Shown one piece after another: positions 1 through 11,523 of a stretch of 32,000 bases of DNA (positions are counted from its first letter, which is position 1; every line of letters begins with the position of its first letter). This DNA comes from Raphidiopsis brookii D9. Lineage in GTDB: Bacteria > Cyanobacteriota > Cyanobacteriia > Cyanobacteriales > Nostocaceae. The notes under the pieces are model-generated. The model was not told the origin of the DNA. It did not search any database and saw only the letters and a program-made list of their open reading frames with translations. The DNA is taken from the NCBI GenBank assembly GCA_000175855.1, contig ACYB01000046.1, positions 120,001-152,000 on the forward strand. Direction: 5' to 3'. The position numbers and the translations under genes are program-made.

Positions 1-748
1 CCTGCAGGCGATCGCTTTGATTGATAATATTTATGGCTACTTCCCTATCAGTATCATTAGATCTTAATCTTTTTAAAAGAAGTTTACCAAAAGTACGAAT
101 AGCAGTCAGAGGATTACGAAACTGATGTAAAAGACTATCTAGTAAGTCCCCCTGCTCCTTTTGTAATGCTTTTTCTTGTTGTAGTTGGTGTTGTAACCAA
201 ACTTGACGCTGATCCAATATACAGGCGATCGCTAAAGTTGTAGCTATGCGGCGAACTTCTTTTTCTTCCACTGGGTTCCAAGGACGATCGTGCCTTGATG
301 TCAAAAGCAGTCCCACCATCAAACCTTCATATACTAGGGGTAACACAATTTGGTACTGTCCAAATAGATATTTGTCTTCTAGGTTAAGGTAGTTATTATG
401 CTCACTAGTATGGGCCCTAGTTGACTGTGGGGATGAGGGACTAGAGTCTAATCCTGGTGCTAACAGTTTTTGATCTGGTAATGACAAAACATCACTAGGG
501 TCGCTCAAATTGCTTAAATTACTAAATTTGAGGTTGTTAACTTTTACTCTGCCCACATCCTGGGAATAATTTAATCGAGAAGCTTCTGGATAGACCAGAA
601 CGGGAATTAATAACCCTTCTCCACTGGCGTGGTCTACCAATTCCTGTGTTAAGTAGACCACACTTGAAGACGCTCCCAGTCCCTGGGTTAATAGTGATAC
701 TTGCTCTTGACATAGAGCAATAAAATCAGAACTGGCAGACATTAACAT
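1..748 (-). CDS. Sensor histidine kinase, GAF-like N-terminal region plus HisKA-like H-box (partial; continues beyond window start)
   Basis: Minus-strand frame is open from ATG at 748 to the window edge; I translated it by hand: MLMSASSDFIALCQEQVSLLTQGLGASSSVVYLTQELVDHASGEGLLIPVLVYPEASR...RHDRPWNPVEEKEVRRIATTLAIACILDQRQVWLQHQLQQEKALQKEQGDLLDSLLHQFRNPLTAIRTFGKLLLKRLRSNDTDREVAINIINQSDRLQ. The H-box-like HQFRNPLTAIRTFGK motif supports histidine kinase. Missing from the ORF track because it has no stop inside the window. Confidence 0.8.
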   Translation of the reverse strand, partial: MLMSASSDFIALCQEQVSLLTQGLGASSSVVYLTQELVDHASGEGLLIPVLVYPEASRLNYSQDVGRVKVNNLKFSNLSNLSDPSDVLSLPDQKLLAPGLDSSPSSPQSTRAHTSEHNNYLNLEDKYLFGQYQIVLPLVYEGLMVGLLLTSRHDRPWNPVEEKEVRRIATTLAIACILDQRQVWLQHQLQQEKALQKEQGDLLDSLLHQFRNPLTAIRTFGKLLLKRLRSNDTDREVAINIINQSDRLQ

Positions 749-1189
749 TTTTTCAATTTCACTGAGTAGTTGTGTAAATGCTACAGATACCTATCAACCA
801 TTTTATAAGCATTTTGGCTAAAGCTATAAAAGAAGTTGTAATTTAGAGGTTATGTGTGCAAGGTGGTCATTTTTTATCAATGCGCGCCCTTTTGCCATCT
901 TGTTTATTGCTATCAGTTACCTATTCTAATTCCTAATTGTTAAGTGGAGTGAATCTATCACTATTGATTATTTTAATATTATTTCAGCCATCATATAACC
1001 TTAACTACTAAGATTTGCGTATCTATTAATATTTAATATACACAATTTATTCTAAAGATACTGACTAATTGATCCCAGTTGAGGAATGGATTGATAGGGA
1101 TGTATCGAAAGGTTAAAAACCATTGATTTTTTCTGGCAACCCGTATATAATTACCACGAGTTTTGTAGCTGTGACTACAATCTTCTAGC

Positions 1190-1531
1190 TTGAAAGAGGA
1201 GGACAATAAGTTGGCAAGGAGACGTAAAAGAAAAAGCCGTCGTCGTCAGGAAGGACGACGGATTCTGGAAAATGTGCCTCAGTACAGCATAGAAAGCGGC
1301 GAAGACAAACCAGTGACAGCAGCGAGAAAGTTTATTCACGCTGAAGGTATCTTGCCTCCTGCCTTGCTATTAGTAAAAAGGAACGAACACACCACAGACC
1401 GTTACTTTTGGGCGGAAAAGGGTCTGTTTGGTGCTCAATACGTAGAAGAAAATCATTTTTTATTCCCTAGCTTGAGAATGTTGGAAACTCCAGCTAGTGC
1501 AGAACAACTAGTGAATCTGGCAAATCGCTAA
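1190..1531 (+). CDS. Small basic conserved cyanobacterial protein (DUF3155-like)
   Basis: ORF with ARRRKRKSRRRQEGRRILENVPQYSIESGEDKPVTAARKFIHAEGILPPALLLVKRNEHTTDRYFWAEKGLFGAQYVEENHF. The true start is probably TTG at 1211, preceded by the purine-rich GAGGAGGA. Confidence 0.65.
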   Translation: MKEEDNKLARRRKRKSRRRQEGRRILENVPQYSIESGEDKPVTAARKFIHAEGILPPALLLVKRNEHTTDRYFWAEKGLFGAQYVEENHFLFPSLRMLETPASAEQLVNLANR

Positions 1532-1892
1532 GTTCTGGAATGGTTTTTTTACGCATTCAACTTCTTACTTCTGACCTCAAAATCAATTAACTGGCAAAAT
1601 TGAACAGTTGACGCAAAAATTCAATTTTTTTTTAGTTTGTGGCCGAACTGACAGTGGTGCTAATGAATTGGATAATTAAACCTAGTACAGAGTGACAACA
1701 AAATCAAGCGCATAAATGGGTATACTGCTAGAATAACTGAGTTAAGTTCATTTCTTAGTAAGACCATCAATACAAAGTTTGTTATGTCCTCTCTGTTCTC
1801 TGAACAGGTCGGAAGTAAGTAATTATGTGTCACGGTGTTAGGTCACTGACTGATTTATCCGTAATCTAAGTTGTTGTGACTATTACCAAAAA

Positions 1893-2417
1893 TCAATCGA
1901 CAATTTTCAGTTGTAAAGCCCTTTTCAACTCCGCGAGTTCGTCTCGGTGAGCAGTGACAGTGATTATACTTGAGGGGTGTTGTTCATTTTGGCAAAACTC
2001 CATTTTGAGTAACACCTTCTCAATTCTCCCGGATTGGCGCCAGTAGAATATACCACTTAATGGTGCTACTAAAACCAAAAAAAATGGGTTTTGACTGGAA
2101 AAAAGCTGGGCTAAAACCAGTCCCAGACAAGCAAGACCTAGGGCAGATAAAACAGTAAGAAACACGGCTAAGAACCAACTAGGTTGGACAAAGCCCTCAA
2201 AAATGACTTTCTTTTTTTCCGGATCTGCAGAAACGACCCGATAAGCACGGGATTGGAAATAGTCCTTCAGTTGACCCATCAGGATGGTTTCATTGTCTTC
2301 AGAAGCTATTTTTGCTTGTTCAATGCGATCTTTAGTGGAAGCACGAATAAAGAAAAACAACCCCACAAGTAACAACAGGGTCAGGAGAAAGGTGGATGGA
2401 ATGATAGCAGTATCCAT
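1893..2417 (-). CDS. Cofactor assembly of complex C subunit B-like protein (CCB/DUF2930 family)
   Basis: 174 aa ORF, two hydrophobic segments, MDTAIIPSTFLLTLLLLVGLFFFIRASTKDRIEQ...; recognised from family knowledge. Confidence 0.65.
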   Translation of the reverse strand: MDTAIIPSTFLLTLLLLVGLFFFIRASTKDRIEQAKIASEDNETILMGQLKDYFQSRAYRVVSADPEKKKVIFEGFVQPSWFLAVFLTVLSALGLACLGLVLAQLFSSQNPFFLVLVAPLSGIFYWRQSGRIEKVLLKMEFCQNEQHPSSIITVTAHRDELAELKRALQLKIVD

Positions 2418-2594
2418 GACTTTTATTTTTTTAAATGAATCCCACCTATTTATTATTAATGATTGTTGATCTATTCTGGAATCAAACCAGTCAAGTGGGA
2501 TTTTTGATAGTCACTAAGAAAAAAGCTACTAGACCTATTGACCTTTATAGAAGTTTGATAAAGAGTTTGTTGACACTATGGGAATTATTTAAAT

Positions 2595-3173
2595 ATGACG
2601 AAGGACTTGGAAATGCAATCCACTAATATAAGAGCGATCGCCCAGATGTTTCGCCTAGCGGGTTGGATTAGTTTTTGGATACAACTGGTATTAGGTGTGA
2701 TATCTGGGATAATAGTATTGCTATATGCCTTTTTTAGTCAGAGACCGGGTAGTCCTAATAACAATCCGGGGACGGGATTTGGCATATTTTTGGCCGTATG
2801 TGGATTAATAGTTTTAGGCGCAGGTATTTATTTAGGTTATAGGTATACAAGAATTGGTAAACAACTGGACTCATCGAATCCTAGCAATCGTCCACGAAAA
2901 CTAGAGAGTGTACAGGTGATCAGACTAGGAGTATGGACTAATCTAGGAGGCATTTTAGTGACTTTATTAGGTGCTCAAGCAATTGTAGGCACATTGGTTG
3001 CTCGCTCAATTTCCCCCCAAGCAGTGACAACCCAGCTATTTGATCCGAATCGAGTGATTAGTGGACTGGATATGTTAGTTGTTCAAGCGAACACCAATAC
3101 AATTTCGGCTCATTTTGCAGGCCTTGTTTTGTTCGCTATTTTTACTAAATCGAATCACAAGATAGTTGATTAA
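2595..3173 (+). CDS. DUF3611 family membrane protein; extreme C-terminus appears frameshifted (intended stop likely at 3163-3165)
   Basis: ORF MQSTNIRAIAQMFRLAGWISFWIQLVLGVISGIIVLLYAFF...VVQANTNTISAHFAGLV; after 3129 the other frame reads SLFLLNRITR*, which resembles the usual family C-terminus. In-frame ATG at 2613 is an alternative start. Confidence 0.7.
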   Translation: MTKDLEMQSTNIRAIAQMFRLAGWISFWIQLVLGVISGIIVLLYAFFSQRPGSPNNNPGTGFGIFLAVCGLIVLGAGIYLGYRYTRIGKQLDSSNPSNRPRKLESVQVIRLGVWTNLGGILVTLLGAQAIVGTLVARSISPQAVTTQLFDPNRVISGLDMLVVQANTNTISAHFAGLVLFAIFTKSNHKIVD

Positions 3174-3300
3174 AAATTTTTTCATCTTTTTTGCAGTGAT
3201 GACTTCACAAATTGCAGTCAATACAGCATAATGGTGAGGGGACCTTTGTCAACTCGTAACCATAAATAGATGTAGACAAGAGAAAACTTAACCATACTGA

Positions 3301-4584
<1,284 letters not shown>

Positions 4585-4594
4585 GTGGTGATGC

Positions 4595-4948
4595 TTAACC
4601 ACCACTAATTTTGGCCTTGTAACCCAATTTCAGTAAAATCTCTAAAATTTTCTGTTTATGATCCCCCTGTATCTCAATTTCGTTTTCTTTCAAGGTTCCC
4701 CCTGTACCACATTGGTTTTTCAACTGCTTTAACAAAATTATAAGGTTCTCTTGTTTATTTTTAAATCCGCTAATTAACGTCACTGTTTTGCCTTTCCTTC
4801 CTGCGCGGGTAACTTGTATCCTGAGATTTTGTTGGTTAGGGGGTAGTTCTGGAACAGGACGTTCTAGAGTTTCCGATGGGTCATTGCCAAATTCTTGGTA
4901 GACGATTCGATTGTGGGATTGAAATTTGTCTAATTTGTCGTTGGACAT
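4595..4948 (-). CDS. SUI1/YciH-family translation initiation factor-like protein
   Basis: 117 aa ORF with VTRAGRKGKTVTLISGF...LLKQLKNQCGTGGTLKENEIEIQGDHKQKILEILLKLGYKAK, a typical SUI1 core. Confidence 0.92.
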   Translation of the reverse strand: MSNDKLDKFQSHNRIVYQEFGNDPSETLERPVPELPPNQQNLRIQVTRAGRKGKTVTLISGFKNKQENLIILLKQLKNQCGTGGTLKENEIEIQGDHKQKILEILLKLGYKAKISGG

Positions 4949-5013
4949 ACAAATAAGTAAAAATAATAGTTTCCAATAGTCAAGTCTAGCAAATTATCTT
5001 AATTACTAACCGT

Positions 5014-5688
5014 TTAGTTGATAGTCATAGCTATAAGTTTAGACGTAAATACTTCCGAGTTGTTGTTGCTTTCTGGTGTAAACTGACCAATTGGAGGGTG
5101 ATTATTATGGACCGATATTAATTCGGATAAGGGTTTTGGTTCAGATAAGCTTTGGTGATTAATTTCTTGTTCGCGATTAACTACATCTTTTACGAGCTTA
5201 CTGCTATTATATGGAGAATTTCTTGTCTGGGGTAGTATTGGGAGTGGTGCTAGACGCGTTTCCATAAATAAATCTTCTGATAATTCATTATTCTGAAAGT
5301 GATAATTATCAGAGTGAGGAGAAACTTTTTTAATTCCATTACGTGGACGTGTCAAGTTTAATGATGTTACAACAGATGAAACTGTATCCGAGTCTTGCTT
5401 GAGGATTTCTGGAAACCTGTTACAAATCATTCGTTCAAATTCCGTGTTGAAATGATAATACACGCATCCTCTTCGTTGCCAAAATGTCAATATCTGTTGC
5501 ACTGATATTGCTTTGTACCGTCCCTGATATAGCGCCTCTATAATTCCTATATGCAACCAATCATGCGGATATTCTTTACCCCAGGAGGTAATTAACTCAA
5601 TGGCACTGTGTCCATTCAAGTCAAAACCATAGTGGACTAATAAGTTAACCGCTAATTCAGTATAAGGACTGGGGAATTTTGTTAGCAT
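5014..5688 (-). CDS. Hypothetical protein, compact N-terminal region (about 95 aa) plus low-complexity polar C-terminal tail
   Basis: 224 aa ORF MLTKFPSPYTELAVNLLVHYGFDLNGHSAIELITSWGKEYPHDWLHIGIIEALYQGRYKAISVQQILTFWQRRGCVYYHFNTEFERMICNRFP... Confidence 0.75.
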   Translation of the reverse strand: MLTKFPSPYTELAVNLLVHYGFDLNGHSAIELITSWGKEYPHDWLHIGIIEALYQGRYKAISVQQILTFWQRRGCVYYHFNTEFERMICNRFPEILKQDSDTVSSVVTSLNLTRPRNGIKKVSPHSDNYHFQNNELSEDLFMETRLAPLPILPQTRNSPYNSSKLVKDVVNREQEINHQSLSEPKPLSELISVHNNHPPIGQFTPESNNNSEVFTSKLIAMTIN

Positions 5689-5871
5689 AGGGTTTTAATT
5701 TTCCAGGGTTGATTTCTGGTTAGTAACCTTTAGGCATAAGTATCGGTCTTTTTGTCAACATTTCACTGGTTGTATTTACTTCAAGGTATTGTGAGCTACA
5801 GGATGATTTTTGCATAACATTGGTAGATGTTATATATTCTAATGGTTAGTCCCAGAATAAACCATGAAAAA

Positions 5872-7937
5872 TCAACTCTCAGCAATGGGTTTAACCCTTT
5901 TTATAGCTACTAATGCCTGATATGTCATAGCTGCAACCTCTGCTCTGGTAGCTTCCTTTGTGGGTGCAAGTATTTTTGGGTCTGGATAGTTGATAACTAT
6001 GTTTTGTTGACTTGCTGCGATCACAGCTACCTTGGCATATTCTGGGATGGAGTTTTTATCCGTATAACTAAGGGAAGAGTGATTTTGATTAGGAACTAGT
6101 CCCAGTCCATTCACCAGAGAGACAATGACTTGTATTCTCTGGATGTTTTGATCGGGACGAAAAGTGCGGTCACTAAATCCAGCAATAAATCCCCCACGAG
6201 AAGCTATCTGAATAGCTTTGACCGCCCAAAAGTCACTGGGAATGTCTATAAAATCCACGGTTGGTCGTTTAGCTACCGGGTTAAAAGCAGCTGCTATTAA
6301 AGCTGCATACTGGGATCTGGTCATGGGTTTATCTGGTTGATAACTACCGTCAGCAAAACCACTGGTGAGGTTCATACTAACTAATGCTCTAATATATGCT
6401 TCTGCCCAGTGACCCACTAAATCGGAAAAAGAAGGTTGTTCCTTGTCGGGTTTGACAATGTAAGGTGAAGCTATAGGTTCTGCTTCACCCTTAACCACTA
6501 AAGCTTGGTAAATTAGGGTTGCTACTTCCGCACGGGTTATTTCTCTTAGAGGTTCCAATAAATCTACTTGGGGATAATTCAGGACTAGCAGTTTTTGAGT
6601 GGCAATGGTTGTTGCATTAATAGCATAACTAGGAATCTGTGCGCGATCGCTATAAACTAGTAAGCCATTAGGATTGCTACCAGTGAGTTTTAAGCCATTA
6701 ACAATAGATACTATAGCTTGAACCCTAGTTAAGTTTTGTCCTGGTCTAAAAGTACCATCAGGAAAACCACCTAAAAAACCACCATCAGCTGCACTAGCAA
6801 TGGGTGAATTAGCCCAGAAATCGGTTCTAACATCTTTAAACCTATTTAGATTCTGACTGTCTGGTAGTTGAAAAGTTTTCTTAATCAGGGCTGCATATTG
6901 GGCACGAGTAATAGGTGTATTAGGTTTAAAAGTGCCATCAGGAAAACCGCCAATAAACCCCTTTGCTGCTAAAGCTGTAATAAAAGCTGTGGACCAGTGT
7001 GCATAAAGGTCAGAGAAGCTGCTACTGATAACGGGAATAATTGTATCATTGGTGGCTGCTACTAGTTCTAACAATCCTTTAATTTGAGCCGTATTGAGTT
7101 GATTACCTACGGAAATTAGACTTTGAGATGAACTATTTTGAACATCGAAATTTTCCTGTTCTCGAAAAATATTGCCTGCAGGATCCTGTGGTTTGCCAAG
7201 GTCAGGAATGGCATTACCATTAATTGATAAACCACATTGGCTATTTTGGTAAATTAAATTTCCCCGTAACACTGGACTAGCATCGCGGGAGATTGCCATT
7301 CCGATTTGATTTTTCCCTAACTTGTTATTAGCAATCAAAGGTGCGGCTAAATCCGTAATAGCTATTCCCACGGGATTATTTTCAAATACATTGCGCAAAA
7401 CCTCCCCCTTACTAGAACGTGCCATCATTAAACCGCTGGCAATATTCTGTATAAAAACATTATCCAAAATCGCCGGTTTAGCTTGACCAGTAATCAATAT
7501 TCCTTCCCGACCACATTTACACAGAGTATTATTAGCTAGGGTTGGTGCTGCGGATTCAATCCAAATTCCAGTACCTTTACTTACAGAATTAGTGACCGTT
7601 ATACCCAGTATACTTCCATCACCGGAAAATAACAGGGTGATGTTTTGTAGACCAAAACTGGGACTTTGATATTCACCCCCTCCAGTAATAATAATCCCTT
7701 CACCTTTTTTAGACTCATTACCCAGCAGCACAACTCCTTGGGGGATAACCAGGGGAAAATTTCCCGGTTTTGGGTGCTATAGGTTCCCACAGACAAGCGT
7801 ATAATTCCTGGAGATGGAATAGTTTTTAGTGCACGGGTGATAGTTTTAAATGGACTCAACTGTGAACCATTATTGTTATCGTTACCAGTTATAGGATTCA
7901 CATATAATGAAGCAAGTTTCATAATATACGTTAACAC
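5872..7937 (-). CDS. DUF1565/right-handed beta-helix protein with six S-layer homology (SLH) motifs; broken by a single-base frameshift at 7752-7755
   Basis: Track ORFs 7599..7937 (MKLASLYVNPITGNDNNNGSQLSPFKTITRALKTIPSPGIIRLSVGTYSTQNREIFP) and 5872..7731 (...QGVVLLGNESKKGEGIIITGGGEY...) join as REIFPLVIPQGVVLLGNES if one base is added to the 4-base C run (minus strand). Confidence 0.85.
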
Positions 7938-8039
7938 TTAAAAAGTATGAATATAATATGGATAGTATAGGACAATTTTTCCACGAGTATAATAGACTGG
8001 AAAAATTATGCCGTCTTCAACCTTGTCAGTATACAATTC

Positions 8040-9037
8040 ATGATAGAAGTTGATCACCTGAGTAAAATATATGGTTCTACCCTTGCAATCACAGATGTCA
8101 CCTTCAAAGTAGAACCAGGTGAAATTCTGGGATTTTTGGGTCCTAATGGTGCAGGTAAAACCACAACCATGAGGATTTTGGCCGGTTATCTCCCCCTAGT
8201 AAGGGCACGGTTAAAATTGCTGGATATGATGTCCAGGATAATTCCCTAGCGGTACGCCAAAAAATAGGTTATTTGCCAGAGACACCTCCCTTGTACCCTG
8301 AAATGACTGTGGAAGGTTTTTTGTACTTCGTCGCTCAAATTAAAGGTATTCCAGCAGGCGATCGCCCGACAAAGGTGAAAGCTGCCATGGACAGATGCAA
8401 TATTACAGAAAAGCGTCAAGTAATTATTCGTAAGCTTTCCAAGGGGTTTCGTCAAAGAGTGGGAATAGCCCAGGCCATCGTGCACGATCCCCCGGCTATT
8501 ATTCTGGATGAACCCACGGTGGGATTAGATCCCAGACAAATTATCGAAGTGCGAAACCTGATTAAAAGTTTAGCGGGTACACACACCATTATTCTGTCCA
8601 CTCACATTCTCCCGGAAGTAAGTATGACCTGTAATCGAGTAGCCATTATTAACCATGGTAAAATCGTGGCTACTAACAGTCCAGAAAACCTGATGACAAA
8701 TTTAATAGAAGGTTCTGGCTATGAGCTGACTATTTCTGGGGAAGTTGACCTGGCCAAACAAGTTTTACAAAATATACCGGGGGTAAGTTTAGTAGAATCC
8801 ATGCCTAACTTGAGTACATGCCAGAATGTTATACTGCGTGTCTTATCAGAACCAGGATCAAATTCGGGAAAGTATATAGCATCTACATTAATTCACGGTG
8901 GATTTGAATTACATGAAATGCGTCGAATTGGTGCTAGTTTAGAAGATGTATTTTTGAGACTAACTACTGAAGAAAAAACCTTATCTCAGTTTGTAGAAGC
9001 GAAAGACCTAGTAGAAACCTCAGGAGACAACATTTAA
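8040..9037 (+). CDS. ABC transporter ATP-binding protein (CcmA/GldA-like), broken by a single-base frameshift at 8132-8136
   Basis: Track ORFs 8040..8249 (Walker [18 protein letters not shown]) and 8273..9037 (signature/Walker [34 protein letters not shown]) join as [40 protein letters not shown] if one C is added to the C5 run. Confidence 0.93.
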
Positions 9038-9038
9038 T

Positions 9039-9860
9039 ATGGGTAATATAGCTATCATAATTCCTAATATAATTGCCATTTATCGACGAGAATTACAAAG
9101 TTATTTTGTATCACCATTAGCTTATGGAATAGCGGGAATCTTTTGGTTTATTGCCAGTGTATTTTTCATACTTATATTATTAGGTCCAGGGGGAATTTTA
9201 CCTACAGTTGCCATGTATGATTTACAGGGACAACAATTTGGAGTACCCATTCCTCCCATAGACGTACCATACGAGTTTATTCGGGCATTCTTAGATCGGA
9301 TAAGTTGGTTATTATTATTTATTTTACCTATTCTTTCCATGGGACTTTACGCAGAAGAAAGGAAATTAGGAACCTTAGAATTGTTAGCCACCTCACCAAT
9401 TACTAACTGGGCGGTAGCTCTAGGTAAACTGTTGGGAGTTTTAACATTTTTCATCAGTATGATCTTACCAATAATAGGACTACAGATCCTAGTCATTAGC
9501 GAATCAAATCCACCGATTTCTTTGGTCATTCCTTTGATTAGCAATCTAGGACTAATACTCCTAGCTGGGTCAATTTTATCCTTGGGAATGTTCATTTCTT
9601 CCTTAACAAGTAGCACAGTTTTAGCAGCAATCTTGACCTTTGTGGTGGTGATCCTAATCTTATTAATAGATTCCCTATCACAAGCATTGCCAGGCTTACT
9701 AGGACAAATTCTCAGTTATTTATCGCTGTTGAAACACTACAACACCTTAATCAAGGGAATTTTAGATAGCAGTAGCTTCATACTATTTGCCAGCTATATT
9801 ATTCTGGGAATTTTTCTGACTGCTCAATCAATAGATGCTCTGCGTTTTCAACGCCAATAG
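9039..9860 (+). CDS. ABC transporter permease (ABC-2 / GldF-like)
   Basis: 273 aa polytopic ORF immediately after the ATPase: YRRELQSYFVSPLAYGIAGIFWFIASVFFILILLGPGG...YAEERKLGTLELLATSPITNWAVALGKLLG. Confidence 0.9.
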   Translation: MGNIAIIIPNIIAIYRRELQSYFVSPLAYGIAGIFWFIASVFFILILLGPGGILPTVAMYDLQGQQFGVPIPPIDVPYEFIRAFLDRISWLLLFILPILSMGLYAEERKLGTLELLATSPITNWAVALGKLLGVLTFFISMILPIIGLQILVISESNPPISLVIPLISNLGLILLAGSILSLGMFISSLTSSTVLAAILTFVVVILILLIDSLSQALPGLLGQILSYLSLLKHYNTLIKGILDSSSFILFASYIILGIFLTAQSIDALRFQRQ

Positions 9861-9906
9861 TCACCTCCGTAAGAGTCACAATCATCGGAGATTTACATAA
9901 CTAAAA

Positions 9907-11478
9907 ATGAGACAAGTACTTAAAATCAACTTCATCAAACCACTGATTGTATTCGGATTCTTATTAGGACCATTCTTGTTGGCTTTGGGGTTAACGATTG
10001 GCGCTACATCCCAATGGACCATCCTCTCTCTAGGGTTTATCACTGCTGGAGTAGTAATTTGTCTTTTTTGGGTACTCGTGCAAGCTCAGAAAAGTCAGTT
10101 TTGGCAACAACGTTCTACCCAGTCAAATACCAATGCTGTAATTGCCATATTAGCTGTCTTAACAATCCTAGGATTAATCAATTTTTTAGGTAATCGCTAT
10201 CAGATTCGGTTAGACCTAACAGAAACCCAGTTATTTACCCTAGCGCCCCAATCTCAAGAAATACTGCGCACCTTACCTCAACCAGCCAAACTTTGGTTAT
10301 TCACTAGGGAAAAAAATCCAGATGATCAAGAATTACTACAAAGGTATCGTCAACAAAATCCCCAATTTAGCTTTGAATATGTTGATCCTCAAACAAGACC
10401 AGGTTTGGCAGAAAAATTTGGAGTCAATGATTTTGGTAAGGTGTATCTCGAATTTAATAATAAACATCAGTTCGTACAAAATGTGAATGAAAATGAACGT
10501 CTATCAGAGGTCAAGTTAACCAGTCAACTACAAAAGATCATCAGCAACGATTCTCCTAAAGTTTACCTTTTACAAGGTCACGGTGAATTAGAAATCGCCA
10601 ACTCTAAAAATCCTGAAAATTCCATATCCCAAGCTATTCAAGGATTAACAGATAATAATTTGACCCCCCTACCTCTAAGCTTAACCCAACAAACTACAGT
10701 CCCTCCAGACGCTAGGGTTGTGGTAATTGCCAGTCCCAAACGGGAATTGTTGCCAGGTGAAATTACAGCTTTAGAAAACTATCTGAATATTGGTGGCAAT
10801 CTTATGCTCATGATTGACCCAAATCATGACCCAAAACTTGATACTTTACTAAAAAGTTGGGGTGTGCAATTAGACAACCGATTGGCTATTGATATCACTG
10901 GAGGAAATTTAGGACTAGGACCTGCTTCTCCTTTGATTACCGAATATGGACAACACCCTATCACCCAGGATTTTCGCAACGGTATTTCTTTTTATCCTAT
11001 CGCACGTCCTATTCTTATAGAACCTACTCCTGGTATCCAGTCTACCCCTCTACTCAGAACTAAAGCATATCCTGATAGTTGGGCTGAAAGTGATCAAGAA
11101 AACGAAAAGCTGGAGTTTAACGAAGGTAAGGATTTAAAGGGTCCTTTAACATTAGGTGTAGCATTAACTAAGAAGTTAGCATCTCTGGAAAATTCCCCAG
11201 CTAAGACTCGAGAATCTCGATTGGTTATTTTTGGCAATTCACAGTTTGCCAGGGACGGTTTATTTCAGCAACAATTGAATGGAGATGTATTTCTCAATTC
11301 AGTTAGTTGGTTAAGTCAAAAAGAGGAACAACCTTTGTCTATTCGACCCAAGGAACAAACAAACCGTCGGATTATTATGTCGAATATGAAAGCCAATTTG
11401 CTGGGTATTTCCTCTCTATTGATTTTACCTCTCATTGGTTTTTTGAGCAGTGTTGTTATATGGTGGTTTAGAAGATAG
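9907..11478 (+). CDS. GldG-family ABC-type auxiliary protein (DUF4350/ABC_transp_aux-like)
   Basis: 523 aa ORF with N- and C-terminal TM segments; NRYQIRLDLTETQLFTLAPQSQEILRTL...KVYLLQGHGELEI...LMLMIDPNHDPKLD. Confidence 0.85.
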   Translation: MRQVLKINFIKPLIVFGFLLGPFLLALGLTIGATSQWTILSLGFITAGVVICLFWVLVQAQKSQFWQQRSTQSNTNAVIAILAVLTILGLINFLGNRYQIRLDLTETQLFTLAPQSQEILRTLPQPAKLWLFTREKNPDDQELLQRYRQQNPQFSFEYVDPQTRPGLAEKFGVNDFGKVYLEFNNKHQFVQNVNENERLSEVKLTSQLQKIISNDSPKVYLLQGHGELEIANSKNPENSISQAIQGLTDNNLTPLPLSLTQQTTVPPDARVVVIASPKRELLPGEITALENYLNIGGNLMLMIDPNHDPKLDTLLKSWGVQLDNRLAIDITGGNLGLGPASPLITEYGQHPITQDFRNGISFYPIARPILIEPTPGIQSTPLLRTKAYPDSWAESDQENEKLEFNEGKDLKGPLTLGVALTKKLASLENSPAKTRESRLVIFGNSQFARDGLFQQQLNGDVFLNSVSWLSQKEEQPLSIRPKEQTNRRIIMSNMKANLLGISSLLILPLIGFLSSVVIWWFRR

Positions 11479-11523
11479 TGCATAATTGATAATTGTTTAT
11501 TTTTCTTACCTTTTTGGAGCAAA

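Noticed and set aside
1793-1807. CTGTTC-TCT-GAACAG small palindrome in the 1532-1892 intergenic region
   Set aside because: Only 6 bp arms with a 3 nt loop and no T run or promoter context; too weak to call a regulatory site or terminator.
8246-8485. 79 aa minus-strand ORF at the ABC ATPase break
   Set aside because: The plus-strand frames around it reconstruct a canonical ABC ATPase, so an antisense gene is unnecessary.
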